This document shows, in pieces, positions 48,006-56,153 of a stretch of DNA of 64,000 nucleotides. The notes under the pieces are model-generated. The model had not been told where the DNA came from, did no database searches, and saw only the letters and a program-made list of their open reading frames with translations. Numbering within the stretch: position 1 is the stretch's first letter; the number at the start of each line of letters is the position of its first letter. The position numbers were made by a program, and so were the translations under genes. Location of the stretch: positions 30,643 through 94,642 of the forward strand of contig CAZGKW010000012.1 in assembly GCA_964526295.1 (NCBI GenBank). The letters are read 5' to 3'. This DNA is from an uncultured Anaerolineales bacterium. GTDB taxonomy: Bacteria > Planctomycetota > Phycisphaerae > FEN-1346.

Positions 48006-49475
48006 ATGAACCCCGTCAAACTCGTGCGAAAGCTCCTCAAGGCCCTCCGCGGCGGCGCCAAGGCCCCCCAGATCGTCCTGGCCGTCCTCCTCGGCTTCGC
48101 CGTCGGCATGGTCCCCGGCGTCAACCTGACGCTCCTGGGGTGCCTCGTCCTGCTGCTCATCCTCAACACCAACGGCGGCCTGGCGGGCCTCTCGGCCATG
48201 CTCGGCAAGGGCCTGTGCCTCGTGCTCGCCCCCGTGACGTTCCGAATCGGCTACTTCCTGATGCACACGGCGGGCCTGGTGGGCATCGTCCGGAAGCTGG
48301 CCGACACGCCCGTCCTCGCCCTGCTGGACCTCCACGTCTACTGCGTCCTGGGGGCGGTCCCGATCATCCTGGTGGTCGGCGGAGGCCTGGGCATCGCCGT
48401 CGCCGCCGCCATCCGGCAGGCCCAGACCCGCATGAGGGCCTCCCACGGAAAAAGCGAGAGGGTCCGGAAGGTCGCAGCCAATCCCGTGGTCAAGTTCCTC
48501 GTCCGCGTCGCCGTCGGCAAACGCAAGCCCGGCCAGACCGACGAGCCCCAGCCGCTCTTCAAGACCAGCCGCCTCATCGCCGGCGGCATCGTCCTGATGC
48601 TGATCGTCATCCTCCAGCTCGTGTTCCTCGATCACCTGGCCCGCCGGGGCCTCGAGGCGGGCCTGGCCCAGGCCGCCGGGGCCGAGGTCAACGTCGAGAA
48701 GGCCCACCTCTCCCTGGCCCAAGGGCGGCTCGTCGTCGAGGGACTCCAGGTCACCGACCCGGCCCGCCCGACGCACAACCAGGTCCGGTCGGACCGCATC
48801 GTCGCGGACTTCAGCATCGCCGACCTGCTGGCCAAGCGGTTCGTCTTCGACTCGGTCCGGAGCGCGAGCACCCGCCTCGACGTGCCGCGGGAGGGGCCCG
48901 GCGAGGTCTATCGCCCGCCGGAAGACGACGAGCCGCTCCTGCCGCCGCTGCCGGAAGGCGGCCTCGGGTCGGTCCGCGAATACCTGGAACGTATCAAGCG
49001 GCTGAAGGAGAAGATCGACAAGGTCCGGGACTTTCTCCGGAAGGTCGACCCGGCCAAGGACGAGCCCTCGCCGGAGGAACTGGCCGAGGCGGCACGCCTG
49101 AAGGGCTACCTCCGTCTCTCGGCCAAGGACTACCTGGCCAGGCACCCCACCTGGGTCATCCGCGACCTCGAAGCCTCCGGCGTCGTCCTCTACGAGGACC
49201 TCCCGACCGTGACCATCCGCGGCAAGGACCTCGCCAGCCACCCCTCGCTCTATGAGAAGGAGGCGTCGATCGACGTGCGGCCCGAGGGCGACGTCGCCGA
49301 ACAGCTCAAGAAAGGCGTCTGGGACAAGGTCCGAGAGGGGGCCGGCAAGCTCCTCGGCGGCGGGGCCGACGAGGAAGACCCCACGAAGGACGCTCAGCCG
49401 GAAGAGAAGGACGGAGAGAAATCCGACCTGGAGAAGGTCGGCGAAGGGTTCAGGAAGCTCCTCGGCGGCGACTGA
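48006..49475 (+). CDS. Membrane protein with an N-terminal DUF2062/TIGR03546-like domain fused to a long charged C-terminal region (TIGR03545-like).
   Basis: MNPVKLVRKLLKALRGGAKAPQIVLAVLLGFAVGMVPGVNLTLLGCLVLLLILNTNGGLAGL, then further TM helices and an acidic, coiled-coil tail. Confidence 0.4.
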   Translation: MNPVKLVRKLLKALRGGAKAPQIVLAVLLGFAVGMVPGVNLTLLGCLVLLLILNTNGGLAGLSAMLGKGLCLVLAPVTFRIGYFLMHTAGLVGIVRKLADTPVLALLDLHVYCVLGAVPIILVVGGGLGIAVAAAIRQAQTRMRASHGKSERVRKVAANPVVKFLVRVAVGKRKPGQTDEPQPLFKTSRLIAGGIVLMLIVILQLVFLDHLARRGLEAGLAQAAGAEVNVEKAHLSLAQGRLVVEGLQVTDPARPTHNQVRSDRIVADFSIADLLAKRFVFDSVRSASTRLDVPREGPGEVYRPPEDDEPLLPPLPEGGLGSVREYLERIKRLKEKIDKVRDFLRKVDPAKDEPSPEELAEAARLKGYLRLSAKDYLARHPTWVIRDLEASGVVLYEDLPTVTIRGKDLASHPSLYEKEASIDVRPEGDVAEQLKKGVWDKVREGAGKLLGGGADEEDPTKDAQPEEKDGEKSDLEKVGEGFRKLLGGD

Positions 49476-49705
49476 GCGGGCGTCCCGACGTGCTCCTTAT
49501 GTCCCCTCTCCCTCGACGGGCTCGCACGGCATAGCCTTGGCGACGCTGGGAGAGGGAAAGCATGCGTGTGTCGGGCGAGGGCGAGCCGGGCCGCCGATGT
49601 AAGTCGGCGGGGACGCGCGGCCGGGCTCCCCGCGGAGCGGCCCCAGGCCCGAGACGCGCCGGTGGTCCGTCAGGCATCGGCATCGAGCACCGTGCCTGGA
49701 GTCGG

Positions 49706-49754
49706 CGGCGTTGGACGTTGAGCGCTCGGCGTTGGACGTTCGGCGTTGGACGTT
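49706..49754. repeat. Iteron-like direct repeats: three copies of CGGCGTTGGACGTT (the last two exactly tandem).
   Basis: Copies at 49706..49719, 49727..49740 and 49741..49754, immediately upstream of repeat copy A. Confidence 0.7.
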
Positions 49755-49774
49755 CTGTCTCTGAGTCGAACGAG

Positions 49775-49865
49775 AAAAAGACACTAAGTGTCTTTTTGGT
49801 AGAAGCTAAGCCCTTTATCCACACCGGGTTAGGCGCAGAAAAAAGACACTAAGTGTCTTTTTTTT
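49775..49865. repeat. Composite double-hairpin element, copy A (hairpin / 41-bp core / hairpin).
   Basis: AAAAAGACACTAAGTGTCTTTTT + GGTAGAAGCTAAGCCCTTTATCCACACCGGGTTAGGCGCAG + AAAAAAGACACTAAGTGTCTTTTTTTT. Confidence 0.9.
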
Positions 49866-50219
49866 CCGTGGTCGCCGCTCCCGCCGGGCGCGGCACTCCT
49901 TACATACCCTCTCCCTTGACGGGAGAGGGAACGGGTGAGGGTGTCGGCGGCCTTCGGCCGCCGCCTGCCGTCACCCCGAGCGGAGCGAAGCGCACTCAAG
50001 GGGTCTCGCCGTGCGTTGCCGTTCCAGGGAGTGCGGTGGCAGGGCCCGCGCCAGCCGGCGTCGACACCGCTTTCGTTTCGCGCACGACAGGGAAAGCGGC
50101 CCCTCCGGTCTCCGGTCCTGCGCCTCGTGCCCGCAGCATTGCCCCGGAACATCGTCCTGACAGGACGTTCCGGATGCCGCCGCCCCCGAGCCGCCAGGAC
50201 GTCTCGCGAAACCGTCAAG

Positions 50220-50310
50220 AAAAAGACACTAAGTGTCTTTTTGGTAGAAGCTAAGCCCTTTATCCACACCTGGTTAGGCGCAGAAAAAAGACACTAAGTG
50301 TCTTTTTTTT
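50220..50310. repeat. Composite double-hairpin element, copy B.
   Basis: Identical to copy A except for one core substitution (CACCTGG against CACCGGG). Confidence 0.9.
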
Positions 50311-50445
50311 CCCGCGGAAGTAGACGTGCATGGCGTTGGGTTCTTCCACGGGGAGCCCCAGGTCGGCGACGCATTTCACCTTGCGGTGCTGCGGGCCGTC
50401 CGGATCATTCTTGCCCGGGAACAGGCGAAACCCGCCGCCGGCGGG

Positions 50446-51561
50446 TCAATCGCCCTTCTCCGGCGAATCCTTCTTCGCAGGTGCATCCCCTTCCTCACTC
50501 TTGTCCTCGGTCCGCGGCTTGACGACCGTGACGCCCTTGCCGCGGGAAGGGGGCGCCTCGGCGCCTTGCTGTGGCTGGCGAATCTTGTCGAGGTCGAACT
50601 CGCGGACGGTCCGAAGGACCGTCGCGTTCGGGAACTTCGGCAAGGCCTCGGCCCGGACCGCCGCCGCCTTCTCGGGCTCTTTCTGCTGCACGTGACACCG
50701 GAACAGCGTGTAATAGACGTCCGGGAGCAACAGCGACTGGGGATACTCCCTGATGAACTGCCGGCCCAAGGCCTTGCTGCGCTCGAGCGCCGCCTCGCGC
50801 TCAAGATGGTCCGCGCCGAGCCCGTCGATGATGTCGGCGTACATGACGGTCTCTCGGAAGGCGCTCCCGCGGTGCTGTTCGATGATGGTCGCCGCAACGT
50901 CATCAAAGGCCTTTCGGCCGAGGCTGCCGTCTGGCCCCGTACTTCCCATGATCCGCTGTGCGTAGTGGGCTTCCACAAGAGCTCGCCCGAGACGGAGAGC
51001 GAACACTCTGTCACCCAGCTTTGCGATGCTGTCGGGCACCTCGGCCAGAGGCAAGACCTCGACCGAGACCGGCGAGGAGACGAACCGGAACTCCTTTTCC
51101 TCGACGATGCTGGCCCGAACCCGGTAGCGACCCGGTTTCGGCAGGACCAGCAGGTCGGTGCGTTCATACCGCTGGCCCGCTTCAATCGTCCCGGGGACCC
51201 AGTGGCGCTCGGTGTAAAAGTCGTATTCGATGGGCCGAGGCGAAGGCTTGATGTTCCGGACCACCTCGAGGTCCCAGAGCCGCCTGAACTCACTTTCCTC
51301 GCCCAGCGCGATATCGAGACTGTATCCGTCCCGGGAGTCCCACCGAATCGTGGGCCGCCGAGATGTGAAATGCGCTTGCGACGGGTTGGCCATCGTTGTT
51401 CGCAGCACAATTGGCTCGCCGCAGATGTAGCGCGCCTTATTGGCTCTCAGGTGGAGCTCAAGCCGCCCGGATGGCTCTTGGCTTAAGGCACTCATCGCGA
51501 GTAGAATAACCGTGCAGAGCACAACAGGTAGCACACGCCCAACGACCAGATGCGGTGCCAT
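50446..51561 (-). CDS. Hypothetical secreted protein encoded in a lower-GC (~60%) insert bracketed by repeat copies B and C.
   Basis: Signal peptide MAPHLVVGRVLPVVLCTVILLAMSALS. Codon usage and GC content differ from the flanking genes. No recognisable family. Confidence 0.5.
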   Translation of the reverse strand: MAPHLVVGRVLPVVLCTVILLAMSALSQEPSGRLELHLRANKARYICGEPIVLRTTMANPSQAHFTSRRPTIRWDSRDGYSLDIALGEESEFRRLWDLEVVRNIKPSPRPIEYDFYTERHWVPGTIEAGQRYERTDLLVLPKPGRYRVRASIVEEKEFRFVSSPVSVEVLPLAEVPDSIAKLGDRVFALRLGRALVEAHYAQRIMGSTGPDGSLGRKAFDDVAATIIEQHRGSAFRETVMYADIIDGLGADHLEREAALERSKALGRQFIREYPQSLLLPDVYYTLFRCHVQQKEPEKAAAVRAEALPKFPNATVLRTVREFDLDKIRQPQQGAEAPPSRGKGVTVVKPRTEDKSEEGDAPAKKDSPEKGD

Positions 51562-51582
51562 AACAGAGCCCCTTCCGTAAGG

Positions 51583-51832
51583 TTAGTCGCCCGCCGATTC
51601 CCTGAGGTCTCTAATGTGCTCATGCGAGAACCGGTCCGGAGGGCCTTGCTTCAGGTCAAACCACTGTTTCCAGCAGGGGATCGTGTCGGGTCTTTCCCAT
51701 CCAATGATCCCGTCCTTGTTCGGATCCGGTTGCCAGACGGTGAGGCTCCCGGTGTATACCGGCGTCTCGAGTCCGAGCACATGCCCCACCTCGTGCGCCA
51801 CGACCACAGGAAGCGATTTCCCCTTGGTCAAG
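51583..51832 (-). pseudogene. 3' fragment of a snapalysin/metzincin-like zinc metalloprotease gene, 5'-truncated by repeat copy C.
   Basis: ..VVAHEVGHVLGLETPVYTGS.. contains the HExxHxxGL zinc-binding motif. The reading frame runs straight into the repeat (MWIKGLASTKKTLSVFFL is the repeat translated). Confidence 0.6.
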
Positions 51833-51923
51833 AAAAAGACACTAAGTGTCTTTTTGGTAGAAGCTAAGCCCTTTATCCACACCTGGTTAGGCGCAGAAAA
51901 AAGACACTAAGTGTCTTTTTTTT
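51833..51923. repeat. Composite double-hairpin element, copy C.
   Basis: Identical in sequence to copy B. Confidence 0.9.
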
Positions 51924-52450
51924 CTGCGGGCCGTCCGGATCATTCTTGTCGGGGAACAGGGGAAATCCGGGGACACAATACGGTTTTTCCCGGCCGCGTC
52001 CGGCGTCGGCCCCGGACGGCCAACGGCGCAAAGCGCAGCCTCAACCGGGGGCTCACGGTGGCGTTCCGGGGCGGGGCAAGGGGCAGGCGGCCGTGGCCCC
52101 GCCCCAAGTGAGCAGCGATGCAGCGGCTGTTGCTATGCCGCCGGAAGCCCCGGCGCGTGGCCACAACAGCTAGTCCGGATTAGCGCGTCTTGCGGGCAAC
52201 CTGCTGCCAAGCCGCCCTAGCCTCCGGCGAGGCCATGTCGAAGGCCTCGGTCTGCTCCCACACCTCGTGCAGCACAGTACGGCCCAGGTCGGTAAACTCG
52301 AAGCACACGTCCTCGCCGAGAGGGCCAACTAGGCCCAAAACAAGCGTATTGCCTGGGGCGTAATGCCCGCAGGATCGCGAAATATGGCGGCGCGGCAAGG
52401 CTCCGTTGGGCCGGGCGGGCCCGCCGCCGCGTCGTAGCGTTGTATTTCAA

Positions 52451-54016
52451 TCATGGACGACTCTCTTTCCATCCCATCGCGTGTGCGCGGCGGATCGGGG
52501 CGTCCGTACCCCGACGTCGGGGCGCCGCCGTCAGCACCGCAGCGGCAGGCGCCGCCCCGGTCATCTGAAGGCTGCGGTCCTTCGCCGAGAGGACCAGGGC
52601 CGTGGCGGCCGTGGCCGCCAGACGGGGGGCCGCCGCGAAGTCCTGCGGATTGTTGTCCCGGTTCGGCTGGTAGTAGAACGTCCCGTCCGGGCAGTGGGCC
52701 AGGGCGAACGACCACCGATTGTGGTCCATGAGCTTGCGGAAGCTGGGCGGGTCGACCGCCGCCCCCAGGGCCGTCCACACCATCCCGATCAGGGGCGACC
52801 CGTGCGTGTCGGGGAACGTGTCGGGATGGTCGCCGATGCACCGGGCCCCGCGGAGGGCGTACTCGCGGTACTCCCGGCCGCCCGTCGGCGAAAGGTAATG
52901 CGCGAGGACGGCCGCGCCGGTCCGGCCCATGTCGGCGTATTTGGGGTTGTTCGCCCCGCCGTCCTTGTACCAGACGTAGCCCCTGGCGTTCGTGCCGCGG
53001 ACGACGAAGTCGTGGGCGGCCCGGTAGCGGCGGAGGTCGACCTCGATGCCGCACCTCTGGAGGAGCGACCAGGCCATCTTGGCCTGCATGGTAATGATGT
53101 TGATTGGTCCGTACCCGTTGATCTTGCCCTCGTCGTCCCAGGGTCGGTGTCCCCACCCGCCGCGGGGGGCCTGGGCGGCGGCCAGCCAGGTGCTGATCTC
53201 CTCCAGTTCAGGCCGGACCCACGCCTCGCCCGTCAGGAGGTAGTACTCCGCCAGGACCGTCCCGTAGAGGCCGTAGTGCCAGCACTTGTAGCCGCGGAAG
53301 TCGAGCTCCGGGCCGGTCATCCCGGCCATGGCCCGGACGGCCTTTTCGACGGCGGGCCGGTACTCGGCGCGCCCGCTCGCCATCAGGGCCAGCGCGGCAA
53401 ACGTGTTGATGTGCGGCCGCCCGTGCCACAGGCCGTCCGGCCGCTGCTTCCGGGCGAGATACGCGCAGGCTTCCTCCAGGATGCGGTCGGTCTTGGGGCA
53501 ATCGTAGGGATACGTCTTTGCGAAGCGGCCGTAGGTCGTCGGCAGCTCGAGCTCGACCTTGCGGGGCCCCCCGTCGCGGACGACGGCCAGGACGAGCCGC
53601 CCTCTGAGCTTCGGGCCCTGGCTCGCCTCCAGGGCGTCGCCGAAGTCCATCATCGGCCCCTCGTAGCCGAACTTCCCGACGCCGTAGCCGAACTTGTGCG
53701 GCGTGGTGAAGGGTTTTCCGTTCGCCCCGACGATGCGGTCGCCGACCTGGAGGCGTCCGGCGGCGGGCGTGTTGTCGAAGACGAACGCGACCTCCAGGAC
53801 GGTGGGCGCGTCCTCGGGCAGCCTGGCCCGTGCCCCGGTGATGCCGAGGTTGATGAACCAGCCGCCCGCCTCGGCGTCGGGGCCGACCTTCGTCGTCTTG
53901 GCCCAGGTGGCCTTCTCGCCGCTTCGAAGGGCCCACGCCGGGGGGCACCTGGAGCAGACCGCGAGGAACGCGAGCAGGGCCATCGCGCCGCGACTCAAAC
54001 GGCGACGGCCCTTCAT
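52451..54016 (-). CDS. Secreted PDZ-domain protein fused to an alpha/alpha-toroid (prenyltransferase/terpene-cyclase-like repeat) domain.
   Basis: Signal peptide MKGRRRLSRGAMALLAFLAVC. PDZ-like segment LQVGDRIVGANGKPF. Repeated Q..DG.W-type motifs (RKQRPDGLWHG, AQAPRGGWGHRPW). Confidence 0.45.
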   Translation of the reverse strand: MKGRRRLSRGAMALLAFLAVCSRCPPAWALRSGEKATWAKTTKVGPDAEAGGWFINLGITGARARLPEDAPTVLEVAFVFDNTPAAGRLQVGDRIVGANGKPFTTPHKFGYGVGKFGYEGPMMDFGDALEASQGPKLRGRLVLAVVRDGGPRKVELELPTTYGRFAKTYPYDCPKTDRILEEACAYLARKQRPDGLWHGRPHINTFAALALMASGRAEYRPAVEKAVRAMAGMTGPELDFRGYKCWHYGLYGTVLAEYYLLTGEAWVRPELEEISTWLAAAQAPRGGWGHRPWDDEGKINGYGPINIITMQAKMAWSLLQRCGIEVDLRRYRAAHDFVVRGTNARGYVWYKDGGANNPKYADMGRTGAAVLAHYLSPTGGREYREYALRGARCIGDHPDTFPDTHGSPLIGMVWTALGAAVDPPSFRKLMDHNRWSFALAHCPDGTFYYQPNRDNNPQDFAAAPRLAATAATALVLSAKDRSLQMTGAAPAAAVLTAAPRRRGTDAPIRRAHAMGWKESRP

Positions 54017-54855
54017 TGCGCCTTCCCCTCGCGGTCGCCGCCCTCTCCGCCCTTCAGCTCCTTGATCCAGATGTTGCGGAACTGGATGAAGGAGGTGGCG
54101 CTGCCCGATTCGCCCGTCTTCGGGTTGACGCCGCCGTGGTTCTGGAGGCCGATCCGCCCCTTGGGCGGCAGGCCCGGCAGGTCCGCCCCCTCGATGACCG
54201 TCTTGCCGTTCAGGACGACCGTCAGGACGCTGCCGCGGGCGGTGATGTCGAAGGCGTTCCACTGGCCCGGCGGATGGTCGGCCTTCACGTCCGGGGCGGC
54301 GGCGGCCCGGACCTCGGGCGGCATGTTCTTATTGTTTCGATAGCTCCAAAGCTCGCCCGACCCGCACGGCCAGCACCAGATGTTGATCTGCGGCCCGCCC
54401 CGGACGAAGATCCCGGAGTCGGCGTTCGGGAAGCTGACCCGTATCGTCTTCCCGTCGGCGTCCTGCTTGAGGCCCCCGTCCGGGAGGATGATGGGGGCCG
54501 TGTAGGGCCGGCTGCTCATCCGCGTGAACCGCCACTCGACGTGGAGAGTGAAGTCGGCGAACTCCCGCTCGGTCCAGAGGGTATGCCCGGCGGTGCCGTC
54601 GTTCTCGATCGTCCCGTCGGTGACCTTCCACTTGATGCCTTCCTGGCCCTCGCCGCCCTTGTTGCGGGTCCAGCCGGCGAAGTCCTTGCCGCTGAAGAGC
54701 GAGACCCATCCGTCGCCCTCGGGCTTCTTCGGCGGCGGGCCGGACGGCTTCGGCGTCGGGTCGCCGGGCTTGAGGTCGGCCGCGGCGGCACCGGCCGCAT
54801 GCGCGACGACGAGGACCAGGCCGAGTAAGAGCGACGGAAGTCCCGAGCGTGTCAT
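54013..54855 (-). CDS. DUF1080 family (3-keto-disaccharide hydrolase-like, LamG-fold) secreted protein.
   Basis: Signal peptide. ..DGWVSLFSGKDFAGWTR..WKVTDGTIE..HTLWTEREFADFTLHVEWRF..GLQNHGG..IQFRNIWIKEL. It overlaps the upstream gene by 4 nt. Confidence 0.65.
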   Translation of the reverse strand: MTRSGLPSLLLGLVLVVAHAAGAAAADLKPGDPTPKPSGPPPKKPEGDGWVSLFSGKDFAGWTRNKGGEGQEGIKWKVTDGTIENDGTAGHTLWTEREFADFTLHVEWRFTRMSSRPYTAPIILPDGGLKQDADGKTIRVSFPNADSGIFVRGGPQINIWCWPCGSGELWSYRNNKNMPPEVRAAAAPDVKADHPPGQWNAFDITARGSVLTVVLNGKTVIEGADLPGLPPKGRIGLQNHGGVNPKTGESGSATSFIQFRNIWIKELKGGEGGDREGKAQ

Positions 54856-55108
54856 GGCTTACGCCTCCAGTCAGATGGACGTGAGGGGCCGGCCCCGCCG
54901 GCGCGTCGGGCGGTGATGATACGCCGCCGCAATGCCCCGCGTCAATCGACGGTCCCCCTGCTGCGTGGACGTGTCACGCGGCGGCCCTCCGCACCCGCCG
55001 CGCAGCGCCCCCCCCCTCACGGCGTCTCTTGGATGATTCGGGAGGACCTTGCTCGGTTCTCCGCGGTCTCGGCGACCGCCGCTGTCGATCCGAGTCCGAG
55101 GACCGCTG

Positions 55109-55975
55109 CTATGCCCCCAGGCGGGCCAGGACCTCGGCCACGGCCCGGTGTCCCTCGGGGGTCTGCGAGATGATCAGCCGGCCCTGGAGGTACTGGATCG
55201 ACGCCGGGCCGCCCTCGTCCTCCCACCGGGCGATCCGCCGGTCGTTCTCGTGGCGGACGTGCTTCAGGATGATGTCGATCACGCGTTCGGGCGTGGCCCG
55301 GCCTTCGTCGTCGAGGTGCTCGGCCGGGACGTCGCCGAAGAGCTTCTCGAATGCGAGTCCGCCGCTCCCGCCGCCTCCGCCCGAGGTCAGCTCCCCGACG
55401 TCCATCCTGGGGCCCTCGAAGTCCGGCACCTCCGCCAGGACGATCCGGATCGAGTACGACGCCACCCGAAGCGGCAGCCACGACTTCTCCAGCGTCGTGA
55501 TCAGGACGTAGCCCGGGCCGATCCTATAGCCCAGCTCGGCCGGCAGGACCAGCAGCAGGACCCGCTCGTAGGAGAGGCCCGACAGGTTCAGCGTGACCCG
55601 GTGGACGTTCAGGTCGATGCCGCGCTCTTCCAGCTCCGGGTCGAAGACGACGCCGAAGTTGCCCATCTCGCCGAGAAGCTGGAGGGCGTTCTTGAGGTTG
55701 ACGTCCTCGAGCTGCGTCCCGCGCCGCGGCCGGGCCCGAAGGGTCCGCTGGACCCGGTAGTACTCGCGGACCTGCCGCTCCCGCTCCAGGCGGGCCTTGC
55801 GTTCGGCGGCGGCCTTCTCGGCGGCCGTCTGCGGTTCCACGTCGGCCCCGGCGGCCGAGGCCGACTGGGGCGCCTTGGCGGGCGCCGCTTCGGCGTCGCC
55901 GGCCGGCTTGGCCCACACCGCGGCGGTCGCGGCCGCCAGTCCCGCCGCAGCGGCGAGCATCGTGAGACGTTTCAT
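55109..55975 (-). CDS. Secreted hypothetical protein with a secretin-N/STN-like segment.
   Basis: Signal peptide MKRLTMLAAAAGLAAATAAVWA. DVNLKNALQLLGEMGNFGVVFDPELEERGIDLNVHRVTLNLSGLSYERVLLLVL resembles secretin N-terminal (STN/NolW-like) modules. Confidence 0.35.
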   Translation of the reverse strand: MKRLTMLAAAAGLAAATAAVWAKPAGDAEAAPAKAPQSASAAGADVEPQTAAEKAAAERKARLERERQVREYYRVQRTLRARPRRGTQLEDVNLKNALQLLGEMGNFGVVFDPELEERGIDLNVHRVTLNLSGLSYERVLLLVLPAELGYRIGPGYVLITTLEKSWLPLRVASYSIRIVLAEVPDFEGPRMDVGELTSGGGGGSGGLAFEKLFGDVPAEHLDDEGRATPERVIDIILKHVRHENDRRIARWEDEGGPASIQYLQGRLIISQTPEGHRAVAEVLARLGA

Positions 55976-56153
55976 GGCCGGCCCCCTTCTCGCGGACGTT
56001 CCTGTACTACTATACGAGAGCGGTCTGCCCGGCAGCGCCCGATTCTGGAGCAAGCGGCCCTATGGGGGCCCCCCGGCAGGTCTGTGACGGGCGGCCCCGC
56101 AGGAGGGCGCGACGAGCGGGCACCCCAAGCCGTTCGGGCCTGGCGCCGGCCGA

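Noticed and set aside
49450-51882. ORFs that begin with MWIKGLASTKKTLSVFF (49450..49824, 49829..50269, 51583..51882) or read through ..KKTLSVFLVEAKPFIHTWLGAEKRH.
   Set aside because: These peptides are simply the repeat element translated. Only the distal part of 51583..51882 (the HEVGHVLGL protease fragment) is real coding sequence.
49775-51923. Possible CRISPR array or integron attC cassette array.
   Set aside because: The repeat unit is a 91-bp composite element, and the inter-repeat segments are 350 and 1520 bp, not uniform short spacers. There are no cas genes or integron integrase in the window. The fourth copy is solitary inside an operon.
52180-52398. A 72-aa ORF just downstream of repeat copy C.
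   Set aside because: There is no RBS, signal peptide or recognisable domain. It may be a gene remnant. Evidence is too weak to call it a feature.
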